Shown piece by piece: positions 29,847 to 39,370 of a stretch of DNA of 64,000 bases. The notes beneath the pieces were generated by a model, which saw only the letters and a list, made by a program, of their open reading frames with translations, did not search any database and was not told the origin of the DNA. This DNA is from Candidatus Obscuribacteraceae bacterium (lineage in GTDB: Bacteria > Cyanobacteriota > Vampirovibrionia > Obscuribacterales > Obscuribacteraceae), in contig JBGAHS010000003.1 in NCBI GenBank assembly GCA_044226015.1, forward strand, positions 1-64,000, in the 5' to 3' direction. A program made the translations under genes and the position numbers. Within the stretch, counting starts at the first letter, position 1. Each line of letters starts with the position of its first letter.

Positions 29847-30366
29847 ATCTTTAACCCCTTCTGCAGCGAAAGAAGCGACTCCCTATAGCGACTTCAATTT
29901 CTGCGGTTGTTAACATGTTAGAAAGCGACACGTGCAAAATCAGTGCAAAAGTGGGCCAGAATTTCCGATTTAGAAATTAAATTGTCCCAGCGTAGCCAGC
30001 CTCCGCAGCCGAGCGTTCAAATCGTCTCAACAGTTCAGGGTCCAACCAGTAGAGGCTGAGCTTCACCGGGTCGAGGATTTGAGTCGAGTCCGCCTTCAAG
30101 CTGAACCGCTACCGCTGCTAGTGCATTCATTTCCAGTTTTTTTTTCCCAGCCCCCTCATTTCCAGTTTTTTTCCCGGCCTTGAGGAGCAAGTAATTTGAG
30201 ACATTAATATGGAGCAGTCCTCCAATCAATAACTAATCCGAAACAGCCCAGTATGATTAGCTTACAGCGCCTTAAACCTGATTCAGAACCATATCGACTG
30301 TGTTATTCCACACGAACCCTGCACAATTTCACTGTTATTCTCTGGAAAGATTCATGAGAAAGAGAA

Positions 30367-31395
30367 ATGACGCAATTTGAATTGAGCAAAAACTTTTCCA
30401 ATACCGAGAAAGCTCCCGCATGGAGACAAGTGACCGATTCAAACCCGGACCCTGGTATGGATAACCCGCTTACTCACCCACAAATATGGGACTCTCATCC
30501 GCTCTTTCACGCTCACCGAAATTTCAGAAATGGACAGGAACGAGCCAAACAAGATGCAGACCTGCTAAAAAACGCAAGCAATGAAGAATTCGTCAAACAA
30601 ATAAATAACGATTGCAAAGTCGGACCACATTTGGAATGGCTTACCTTTGGGGGAGCACTCGCGACAAAAGGCGCCACGAAGAGTTTTGTCATTCATCACA
30701 TTGGCAAAGAAACTGGAGTAAATAGCAAACTGGCTCTTTCCGCTGGGCTCGCAATGGGGGCTGCCGGCGCAGCCTTTCTCACCTACGAACTTGCCGACTA
30801 TTTCGAAAACTCTAGCCGAGCGCAACATTTCGAGAATCGAATCCTGCAAAATCCCGATTTTGTACCTGCCAAAGCGCTTCCTGCCTCTCCGGAGACAAAG
30901 CCCTCAGGAGAATCGAAAATCGGCGAATCTAACTCCGGAATGCAAACACTCGAACTTCCATCGATTGAACTGATACCAGAATATGTATCAAAGAACATAT
31001 GGGGAGTCCGACAGGTCGTGGACCACAGCCTGCAGCCGGCATTGACCATAGTGAGCAGAGACCTTCTTGGGTCTGAACTAAGGGATAAGCACGAAGAAAT
31101 GCGAGAGAAGGCTCTTGCCCAGAATGGATTGAGCAATGCTGAATTTACACAGTGGGCTGCAAGAGAGTCAACGAAGTCTACCAGGAGTCAATTGATCCAA
31201 GACGGTATTTTTTCTACTGTCGGCACTGGTGGTGGCATCTACACCGGGCTGAAACTCGGATTCGGAAGATATGGGGTCGCAGCAGTGGCACTTGCGGGCA
31301 CCATCGGAGCCCTGGCGATGAGCCGACTCAAGAGCGCCGCCGAGTCCAATACGGAACGTGCAATGCTTTACGAATCAAGGCTCTTACAAAAGTAG
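30367..31395 (+). CDS. Hypothetical protein with two internal glycine-zipper/TM repeats
   Basis: SNEEF...RAQHFENRILQ and SNAEF...RAMLYESRLLQ halves, each with Gly/Ala-rich hydrophobic helices. Confidence 0.7.
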   Translation: MTQFELSKNFSNTEKAPAWRQVTDSNPDPGMDNPLTHPQIWDSHPLFHAHRNFRNGQERAKQDADLLKNASNEEFVKQINNDCKVGPHLEWLTFGGALATKGATKSFVIHHIGKETGVNSKLALSAGLAMGAAGAAFLTYELADYFENSSRAQHFENRILQNPDFVPAKALPASPETKPSGESKIGESNSGMQTLELPSIELIPEYVSKNIWGVRQVVDHSLQPALTIVSRDLLGSELRDKHEEMREKALAQNGLSNAEFTQWAARESTKSTRSQLIQDGIFSTVGTGGGIYTGLKLGFGRYGVAAVALAGTIGALAMSRLKSAAESNTERAMLYESRLLQK

Positions 31396-31589
31396 TGCAA
31401 AAGAGCAAGAGCTAAAACAGCAAGTACTAAAACAGCTGCAATAGGGGCTCTCAGTGCGATTTGATTCCAACAACGTTTCCGGCGCAACTCCATTCTAAAC
31501 AAGCTGGATTCTCGAAATCTTTAGAAGAGCTGCGTTGCGATCAACATGCTGTTGATGCAGGGAGCCTCGCATCTCCGGAGGAATAGCAG

Positions 31590-32207
31590 TTATGGCTTTG
31601 CACTGACGTTTTTGTATTCGTACGCAGCGACTTCTCCTGACACCTTATATTTGAGATCAAGGTCAACTTCGCCGTTTTGAGTTTTTACGTTGTAGTGAGA
31701 ATTAGCCTCCCAGACTTCGTATTGTGTGTTGATGTCCCGCTTGCTTGTTGTTATTTCAGCGGTGCCATCACCCCAGGTACTCTTCAAATCGTAAGTGCAT
31801 TTCTGCTGACCGTTTGTATCTTCGTTACACTGTCCGCTCATGTCAATGCGCACCTGCCCATCGCCCAAGATTTGCTTAATTTCGTCCTTATAGCTCTTCG
31901 GATTCGCAGGGTCTTTCGTTTGGACATGCACAACTTTGGAGTCGCCAAAATCGCTTGTTTCGGTAATCACAGTTCCATCTGCAGATTGCGTCTTGCTTGC
32001 CTTTTCCGACCAGTTAATTCTACTGAAACCATCATTGATTCCAACAATCTGCTGTGCACCTTTATCATCGGAGACGATGGTACCAGTTCCACTATCAGGT
32101 ACCGCACCACGAGCCATAAAGCGAACGGCAGCTGTGGAAAGAACATTCCTCGCACTTTCCATCTGATCTGTCTTTGACATTTTTACTTCTTCAACTTGAT
32201 CCGCCAT
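31590..32207 (-). CDS. Hypothetical beta-rich protein
   Basis: GAGGT RBS before ATG; 205 aa; no family recognised. Confidence 0.65.
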   Translation of the reverse strand: MADQVEEVKMSKTDQMESARNVLSTAAVRFMARGAVPDSGTGTIVSDDKGAQQIVGINDGFSRINWSEKASKTQSADGTVITETSDFGDSKVVHVQTKDPANPKSYKDEIKQILGDGQVRIDMSGQCNEDTNGQQKCTYDLKSTWGDGTAEITTSKRDINTQYEVWEANSHYNVKTQNGEVDLDLKYKVSGEVAAYEYKNVSAKP

Positions 32208-32640
32208 AACAACAACCTCACAACCAACGCTTTTCGCATCTTAGGCAGTGACACGTTGTGCAAACAAGGAGAACATTGATATGTGGAGGCTGAATAAATG
32301 CACAGTCGCGGGCGAGAATCTGTTTCAGCAGGAGCTGCTTTGCACTGCAGGACAGCTATGACCAGACAAACGCAAAAAGTTGTATGCTTGCGGTCATGGT
32401 GAGCCTGGAACCTAAAACACTTCTCAGAAAGCTAAAGCAAAGAAGAGTATTTCCAAAAGTTTATTTCAGGCAACCTATTAATACGTTTGCTTTCAATCAA
32501 GTAACTCATTCTAGTAGGCAACACCAAAAGCGAAAGCATGAGAGCCCAGGAATGACGACTCAGTCGAAGCGTGAAGGAGACGTTGCCAAGTATGAAATAG
32601 TACTCAGTCTCTTTCACTTGAAATGTGGTTGAATCGTCAT

Positions 32641-33642
32641 GTGAGCAAGCCAAAAGTCACTATCGTTATCGTCAATTGGAAAACGCCCCGATTACTCGCA
32701 GGGTCGTTGCGGTCAATTTATGCTGACCCAAATTGTGATGCTTTCGAAGTCGTAGTCGTCGACAACAATTCTGGCGATAATTCGGTAGAAATGCTGCTCC
32801 GTGATTTTCCTCAGGTAACAACGATCGCGAACACAGAAAATGTCGGCTTCAGCAAAGCTTGCAATCAAGTTATTCCTGGGGCAAAGGGCGAGTACGTGCT
32901 TTTGCTCAACCCTGACACTGTTGTTGTGGACCGCGCGGTCAGCAGGATGGCAGATTACCTGGATAAACATCAGGACTGCGCTTCAGTTGGTCCAAAGGTC
33001 CTAAACGCAGATGGCTCGCTGCAATTGGCTTGCCGTCGGTCATTCCCGTCGCCTGAAGCCGCCTTTTTCAGGCTTACCTATTTGAGCTTTCTATTTCCAA
33101 AGCATCCCATAGTTGCAAAATACAATCTTACAAATGCGGACCCTGACAAAGAAATTGACGTAGATGCACTTTCTGGCTCTGCGATGATGGTTCGTAAATC
33201 AGTTATCGACAAAATTGGCTTGCTCGATGACGACATCTATATGTTCGGGGAAGATATTGACTGGTGTTGGCGCTTTAAGGAAGCTGGCTTTGCAGTCAGA
33301 TATTTTCCTGAGGCCGTTGTCTATCATTATCATGGAGCTTCAAGCCGCTTCAGACGCATAGGGACAACAATTTTCTTGCACAAAGGCATGGAAGTGTTCT
33401 ACCGCAAGCACATGGCGAAGAAATACTGGGCACCGTTCAATTGGGCAGTCTACGCCGCAATTTGGAGCCGTGCAGCAGTCTTCATTGCAATTTCTTTGAT
33501 TAAGCAAGCACTACCAGACAAGAGCGCGGGCGTATTTGAACGCGATATAGACATCGATTTGAAGTCTATTCCTGGAATGAACGACTCAAGCAATAACACC
33601 ACCAGTGGTGACAAGCAATTGAGTGCCGCCGGTCGTAAGTAA
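32641..33642 (+). CDS. Glycosyltransferase family 2 (WbbL-like)
   Basis: IVIVNW, VVDNNSGD, ENVGFSKACN, LLNPDT, MFGEDIDWC. Confidence 0.9.
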   Translation: MSKPKVTIVIVNWKTPRLLAGSLRSIYADPNCDAFEVVVVDNNSGDNSVEMLLRDFPQVTTIANTENVGFSKACNQVIPGAKGEYVLLLNPDTVVVDRAVSRMADYLDKHQDCASVGPKVLNADGSLQLACRRSFPSPEAAFFRLTYLSFLFPKHPIVAKYNLTNADPDKEIDVDALSGSAMMVRKSVIDKIGLLDDDIYMFGEDIDWCWRFKEAGFAVRYFPEAVVYHYHGASSRFRRIGTTIFLHKGMEVFYRKHMAKKYWAPFNWAVYAAIWSRAAVFIAISLIKQALPDKSAGVFERDIDIDLKSIPGMNDSSNNTTSGDKQLSAAGRK

Positions 33643-33701
33643 ATGAGTTTCGCAACTGACTGGCGCGATTTGGCAGCGCGAAAGAGCGGTACAACGCTAC
33701 C

Positions 33702-34691
33702 ATGATCTTAGTTACAGGCGCGACAGGCATGATTGGTCGTGCGATTGCACTTAAGCTTCTGTCGCAAGGAATTGCAGTAAAGGTACATGGGCGTTCAAGA
33801 CCTGCGCTCGAATCTATTTTTCCGCTCAACTCCTACGAACCCCATTTACTGGAATACGCCGTTGCTGACTTTGCTTCGCTCGATGAGTACGAGGCGGCTC
33901 AGCTCTGCAAGGGATGTCGGCAAATAGTTCATTGCGCAGGTCTTGTTCACTTAAGTGAATCTGACGAAACACTGTATGACAAATTCAACGTGCAAGCCAC
34001 ACAGCTATTGGCAAAAGCAAGCAAGTCCGCGAAATGCGAACAATTCATTTTCTTCAGCAGCAGTTCTGTCTATGGAAACAAAGAAACCAATATGATTTCG
34101 GAGACAGATAAGCTTGATGCAGACACTCCTTACGCAAAATCAAAACTACAAAGCGAAGAGTATCTGAAGAATTCTCCACCTGCGGACTCTACCGTGGTGT
34201 TACGTCCATCTCTGGCTTTTGGTCGTGGCGATAGAGGCAATATGCTTTCTCTCATCAGGCAGATACTCAGCGGCAAGTATTTCCTCATTGGGGATGGAAA
34301 CGCGCAAAAGAGCATGATATTCGCCGACGATTTAGCGGATGCACTATATTTGGTGACAAGCAATCCACCCGGTGGCTTCTCTATCTTCAATCTAGCAAAC
34401 CCTAAACCAACAAGCGTAAAAGAATTGTCTGAAGCAGTTCTTCAAGCTGCTGGCAGACCAGCAAATTTACTGTCAGTTCCTTCTTGGACAATCAAACTTT
34501 GCGCATCTCTTGCAAATGCAATTTTAGGCAAACGGTCACCACTCAGCGCTGACCGACTTGCAAAACTCACACGACATAATTCAATATCCGTTGAGAAGTT
34601 TGAGAAGAGGTTTTCTTTTGAACCAAAAACCGATCTAAAATCTGCCCTGAAAGCTGAAATTGAATGGGCACTGTCAAAAGGTAAGCTCTAG
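33702..34691 (+). CDS. NAD-dependent epimerase/dehydratase
   Basis: VTGATGMIG, SSSSVYG, YAKSK. Confidence 0.9.
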   Translation: MILVTGATGMIGRAIALKLLSQGIAVKVHGRSRPALESIFPLNSYEPHLLEYAVADFASLDEYEAAQLCKGCRQIVHCAGLVHLSESDETLYDKFNVQATQLLAKASKSAKCEQFIFFSSSSVYGNKETNMISETDKLDADTPYAKSKLQSEEYLKNSPPADSTVVLRPSLAFGRGDRGNMLSLIRQILSGKYFLIGDGNAQKSMIFADDLADALYLVTSNPPGGFSIFNLANPKPTSVKELSEAVLQAAGRPANLLSVPSWTIKLCASLANAILGKRSPLSADRLAKLTRHNSISVEKFEKRFSFEPKTDLKSALKAEIEWALSKGKL

Positions 34692-34722
34692 AATCATTGC
34701 GCCAAGTTCCGCAAAATCAGAA

Positions 34723-34820
34723 GCCGCCAGGATGGTAGCGCTCGCAGATTCTTCAAATCCACCAGGATGGCGGCAGAACCAGAATTTCCCAATGCCGCCA
34801 GGATGGTAGCGCTCGCAGAT
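34723..34820. repeat. REP-like GCCGCCAGGATGG repeats between convergent genes
   Basis: GCCGCCAGGATGGTAGCGCTCGCAGAT at 34723 and 34794, with CCACCAGGATGGCGGC between them. Confidence 0.7.
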
Positions 34821-34835
34821 CCACAATGCCCAGAT

Positions 34836-35279
34836 TCACTCTAAAAGGCGAGCTCGATACTCAGGTGTCGGCATCAAACACGTTTCGTTTTTTCCAAAAA
34901 CCTGATACCGATTTGCTGCGACAATTTTATAACCCAAGTCACGCAAGAATTTTGGAAACAGACTCAATACTTTTCCTAGAATTCCATAACGCCGAAACTT
35001 TAAAAGCGCATATATTACGGCTGTGCTCCGAGTAAGGATCTGCTCGTCATCCGTTCCACAGCTTTTCACCACATAGACTGTGGACAAATCTCTGATGTTT
35101 ATTCCATGGCGCTCAAGAACCTTACGAGCAGTTTCGCTTTGAATTGCACCGAGCAGAAAGTGCGCATCTTCATCAGCAAGCAGAGCTTTTTTCACCAGCC
35201 CATCGCACAAAACGCACTCACCATCGAAGAAGATAAGGTCTCTTCCGATTACTTTCTCAGGTAAGTCTGAATTCTTCAC
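34836..35279 (-). CDS. DCC1-like thiol-disulfide oxidoreductase (DUF393)
   Basis: FFDGECVLC; RDLGYKIVAANRYQVFG; TCLMP. Confidence 0.9.
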   Translation of the reverse strand: MKNSDLPEKVIGRDLIFFDGECVLCDGLVKKALLADEDAHFLLGAIQSETARKVLERHGINIRDLSTVYVVKSCGTDDEQILTRSTAVIYALLKFRRYGILGKVLSLFPKFLRDLGYKIVAANRYQVFGKNETCLMPTPEYRARLLE

Positions 35280-35586
35280 CTTAACGCTCCAGCTCTTCTA
35301 TATAAGAAGTAGCAGAAAAATCGCGAAATAAGACAATTTCATCCAATAAATTTCCAAAGCGCAATCCTGTCAGGACGACAATGACAGTCGCTGAAAAGGA
35401 TCATACCAAGAGCTATCCCAACAGAGATTCACAACAGGCAAGGCTAGGGCGTTTTGTAGGGTCAGACTCGCTGCAACCGGCAACGCACCTTTACCGAAAT
35501 AAAGCTGGGCCTTTTAATGATATGACCCAAAATAGCCACAAGCCTGACCTGATTGTCACCAACACTGGAACTTGGGAGAGAGAGAC

Positions 35587-35991
35587 ATGGCAGACAATAC
35601 AAATCAACTTGGTGACAACGTTTCGAAAACAATGCATGACCTGAGCCGGGAAGGTGAAAAATCTGCAGAGCTGATGCTGGAATGCGCTTATGCAGACCTC
35701 AAAGAGAAAACAAAAACACCTCAAGAACTCGAAAAGGGTGTGAACGATACGATTACGTCGGCGAACAGCGAAGCCAACAAAGAGAAAGGTTACAATCTGA
35801 ATTTCGAAATTGTCGATGACAATAAAGACGGGAAGTGGAATCAGGGCGACAAAATTCAAGTGCACAATAGCTCGCGCTATTTTTTCCGCCAGCCGGCAGC
35901 ATTCAATCTTGATGGCAATCCAGATGCAAAAAATGGAACTGACGCTTTGCTGAAGAACAAAGCACAGTTTGACTCTGAACTCGCTAAGTAA
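35587..35991 (+). CDS. Hypothetical protein
   Basis: GGAGA-rich RBS, ATG at 35587; possible Dx[DN]xDG Ca-binding loop DDNKDGK. Confidence 0.65.
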   Translation: MADNTNQLGDNVSKTMHDLSREGEKSAELMLECAYADLKEKTKTPQELEKGVNDTITSANSEANKEKGYNLNFEIVDDNKDGKWNQGDKIQVHNSSRYFFRQPAAFNLDGNPDAKNGTDALLKNKAQFDSELAK

Positions 35992-36004
35992 ATCGGCTCA
36001 GCCT

Positions 36005-37492
36005 CTAACGCTTCGCTTGCTTCTTAGCATCAGTGTCCTTACTCAGAATTAGCTTGTCACCAGGCTTCAAAGTCCAAACCAAAGCTTCTTTTCCAAGTCC
36101 AGCGCCTCCTGTGCCTGTAAGTGTTTCAGGTACAATCTGACGGTCCGAGATAAAATCAAGCTCCTCTCCAGGTTTCCTGAAAACCCTAACGGAACTCTTT
36201 CCTCCAACCTCGGCAATAAGCTTATCATCCTCCCAATAGAGAGTTATACTGGTATCGCCATCAATACCAAGCACTGGCAAACCAATCTCATACAAAGCAC
36301 TGATATCGCGCCATTCGCGTCCACGCTGATCAACATGTGTGTCTGCAGTGAACCACGGTGCAAGGGAAAAGCCTTCTCCGTGGGTGAGGTCATCAACTCC
36401 ACCACCTGTGATCATTTCTCTGGACATGACCGCACAACCGGCGCTTGAGCCACACACGTGGGCGCCCTTCTCCAGTGATTTTTTCAGCAATTCAGACTGA
36501 GTAAAGCGATCGCGCAAACGGCTTTGATCGCCGCCCCCAAAATAAATAAGGTCGAATTCTTCAGGAAGTTCACGGGTGTATGAGAAGTTACTAGCAGTAG
36601 GCTTATCCGTATCGCTCAGCACAACGATGTTCTCTGTGGATACTCCCGCATCCTTGAACTTCTGCGCGAGGTCTTCATCAGCGTCGTCTAGTTCTGAAGC
36701 CATAGCGACGGTGACAATTTTGGCGTTATCTTTTTTCTTTGCTCTTTCGATGACATCATCGAAAGATTTGTCAGCGCTGCCACCAATAAGCATGAGCTTG
36801 CCGTTGAATCGGTAGTTGTGTTCGTTATCGAAGTATCGCTTCTTTTCTACGGACTCTTCTGCGACTTCTTTCTGCAATTCCGCCGCAGCTATAGCATCCT
36901 TACCATTGGGCTGCTGCGCCTTTTCATCAATACGCGGCTTTTCATCAGTACGCGCCTTTTCATCAGTACGCGCCTTTTCATCTGTGGGTGTCCCGTGCTC
37001 AGTTTTCACTTCGTTTTGTGGCGGCTCTTTCGCTGAAGCTTGATCCTTAGCTTCAGCTTTTGCTGGCACTGCGGGAGCTTCGTCCTTCACCTCAGCATTT
37101 GTCTGCGCTTGGGGCTGAGCTTCGTTCTTTCCCTCGGCATTTGTCTGCGCTTTGGTCTGAGCTTCGTCCTTCACCTCGGCATTTGTCTGCGCTTTGGTCT
37201 GAGCTTCGTCCTTCACCTCGGCATTTGTCTGCGCTTTGGGCTGAGCTTCGTCCGAAGGTTTCCGCGTCAACTCTTGCAATGGCTCTTCAGCAACACCACC
37301 TGCAAGCGATATGGGTTTAAATGCAACAAAGCTATCCTCCGAAACTCCAGTATTGGAGCGGAAGCTAGAGCTGGATTTTGATTTTGCTCCAAAAAACTCC
37401 AATCGAAATGAATCGAGTGCCCCATCAATTCCGCCTGCGAGAGACTTGTCTCGTTCAAGAGATTTGACAGCTTGATTTTCGACAACAAACAT
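36005..37492 (-). CDS. Cyanophycinase-like S51 peptidase with long repetitive N-terminal extension
   Basis: LMLIGG, FGGGDQSRL, GSSAG (Ser nucleophile), DTHVDQRGR, GIDGDT; 14-aa and 6-aa repeats upstream. Confidence 0.8.
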   Translation of the reverse strand: MFVVENQAVKSLERDKSLAGGIDGALDSFRLEFFGAKSKSSSSFRSNTGVSEDSFVAFKPISLAGGVAEEPLQELTRKPSDEAQPKAQTNAEVKDEAQTKAQTNAEVKDEAQTKAQTNAEGKNEAQPQAQTNAEVKDEAPAVPAKAEAKDQASAKEPPQNEVKTEHGTPTDEKARTDEKARTDEKPRIDEKAQQPNGKDAIAAAELQKEVAEESVEKKRYFDNEHNYRFNGKLMLIGGSADKSFDDVIERAKKKDNAKIVTVAMASELDDADEDLAQKFKDAGVSTENIVVLSDTDKPTASNFSYTRELPEEFDLIYFGGGDQSRLRDRFTQSELLKKSLEKGAHVCGSSAGCAVMSREMITGGGVDDLTHGEGFSLAPWFTADTHVDQRGREWRDISALYEIGLPVLGIDGDTSITLYWEDDKLIAEVGGKSSVRVFRKPGEELDFISDRQIVPETLTGTGGAGLGKEALVWTLKPGDKLILSKDTDAKKQAKR

Positions 37493-38020
37493 CTCGGGTC
37501 CCTCTTCTATAAAAGGAGCGCCCGAACCCTATAAAATTGACCGAATAGCCACAGCTTGACAATTATAAGCCCGGCTAATCATCTACGTTTGAGAAAAATT
37601 GCTAATGAACTGGTTCTTAGAAATCACTATCCGTCATATAAACGCGTCAGGGATACGAACTCCCTAAGCAATGTTAACAATCCAGCCCCTGACTTCTCAG
37701 AAAACATTTGTTCGAGAGAGGCGCGAATATACACATTCAGGCACTTTATGGGTGAATCCACGTACCTTCGGATAGAAAAAGGAAGGATTATTCCGCTGCC
37801 CCCCCTTTCCTAAAGATTAAATGCCTGGTAAAGTCTTTAATCATTAAATCTGGCGGTGGGCGGCCACTGAAAGGTTGGAAAGAGTCCCGTAAACACAGTA
37901 CGTGTAAGGCTTAGCGGCTTGATAACTGATCTATATGAACAGTTTTAGATGGCAATAGCTTAAGGCTTTCATAAACGGGGCTTAATTGAATCGTTGACTT
38001 TCTGAAATGAGGTAGAACCC

Positions 38021-38722
38021 TTGAGCACAAGCAGCGGAAACAGCGGGATGAAAATCCTGATTATCGAGGACGACGTGAATATTGCGCGTCTTATCGAGCT
38101 GGAATTGGGTTATGAAGGTTATCAGGTACATGTAGCACATGATGGGAACCAGGGAATCGATCTCTTCAAGAAAGAGCAGCCCGAGCTGGTTCTACTAGAC
38201 GTTATGTTGCCAGGACTTGATGGAGTCGAGGTTTGCAAACGACTCCGCGCCATCTCCAAAATTCCAATTATCATGCTCACCGCGAAAGATGGTGTTCAGG
38301 ACAGAGTTGTCGGGCTCGATAGCGGAGCAGACGATTACCTCACCAAGCCATTCGCAACAGAAGAATTGCTAGCACGCATACGCGCAGTGATGCGCCGCAA
38401 ACCACAAGAAGGCATCCTTACTTATGCAGATTTGTGGATGGACCAGTTGAATCGTGTAGTTAAGCGCGGCGAACGCCAGCTTGATTTGAGAGCAAAAGAA
38501 TTTGATCTTCTTCGTCTATTTATGCAATACCCCGAACAGGTTCTCTCAAGAGAGTTCATTTTCGACAAGGTCTGGGGCTATGACTTCATCGGTGAATCAA
38601 ACGTCATCGAAGTGTACATCCGATACCTTCGTTCGAAACTTGAGGATGGCAATGCAAAACGCTTGATTCAAACAGTTCGTGGTGAAGGCTACGTACTAAG
38701 AGAAGAAGAAGCGTCTCGCTAG
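38021..38722 (+). CDS. OmpR-family response regulator (no adjacent kinase)
   Basis: ILIIEDD, LLDVMLP, GADDYLTKPF, NVIEVYIRYLRSKL, TVRGEGY. Confidence 0.95.
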   Translation: MSTSSGNSGMKILIIEDDVNIARLIELELGYEGYQVHVAHDGNQGIDLFKKEQPELVLLDVMLPGLDGVEVCKRLRAISKIPIIMLTAKDGVQDRVVGLDSGADDYLTKPFATEELLARIRAVMRRKPQEGILTYADLWMDQLNRVVKRGERQLDLRAKEFDLLRLFMQYPEQVLSREFIFDKVWGYDFIGESNVIEVYIRYLRSKLEDGNAKRLIQTVRGEGYVLREEEASR

Positions 38723-38747
38723 TTCGACTCTAAAACAAAACATTCCG

Positions 38748-38782
38748 ACCGGGGCACAGTGCAATTCCGCACTTGCCCCGGT
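38748..38782 (+). terminator. GC-rich hairpin downstream of response regulator (terminator or REP-like element)
   Basis: ACCGGGGCA...TGCCCCGGT stem with inner GTGC/GCAC pairing; weak T tract. Confidence 0.5.
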
Positions 38783-39000
38783 TAGCATTTTCACTGCTGT
38801 AGGTCTTAATCCGCATTGGATGTGGTGGCATGCTTTTGCTATGCTGCAATTGAACCGGCAATTTGGCTTGCTATTGAATACAGACAGAAGATATACGCAT
38901 TCGGCATGAAATCCCTATCATTCTGCTTGTATAATATATACGTGTAAAGTTATGATAAAACTCGACCCTCTGGGTCAAGGAATCTCTTGAGGACTAGATC

Positions 39001-39285
39001 GTGGCAACTCTAAGTGAAGCAAAACTCGGTGCAGGCGGACGTGAAACTAGTTTTTTCGTGGACATACTCACGCAGAACTCTTCGGGAAACTGGGTTCTTT
39101 GCTTGCCGAACAGACTCAAAGATTTCCAGGACGAGTTGGAGATGTTGCTGGCTCGTGCATTCACGGGTCGCCCACGCTGCCCCGAGAATCTCGAACTTGC
39201 ACAACAGTTGACACTCAACTGGTGCATTTCAAAATGCAAGAAACAAGGAATTACGCTTGAGGAGTGCCTGCGCGAAGAGTCTTAG
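39001..39285 (+). CDS. Small Cys-containing hypothetical protein
   Basis: GAGG RBS, GTG start, 94 aa, followed by a terminator. Confidence 0.6.
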   Translation: MATLSEAKLGAGGRETSFFVDILTQNSSGNWVLCLPNRLKDFQDELEMLLARAFTGRPRCPENLELAQQLTLNWCISKCKKQGITLEECLREES

Positions 39286-39322
39286 GCTTCGCTGTTGAGA
39301 ATTGTGCACGAGCATAGAAAGC

Positions 39323-39348
39323 AAAAACCCGGGCATGACCCGGGTTTT
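39323..39348. terminator. Bidirectional rho-independent terminator
   Basis: AAAAACCCGGG-CATGA-CCCGGGTTTT between convergent genes. Confidence 0.85.
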
Positions 39349-39370
39349 AAACTATTTTCGAGGAAGCGAA

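Noticed and set aside
29980..30035. tRNA suggested by GTTCAAATC
   Set aside because: No cloverleaf or acceptor stem can be built
37820..37920. Riboswitch-like GCCACTG..GGAAAG upstream of the response regulator
   Set aside because: Only a short motif; the rest of the cobalamin aptamer is not evident
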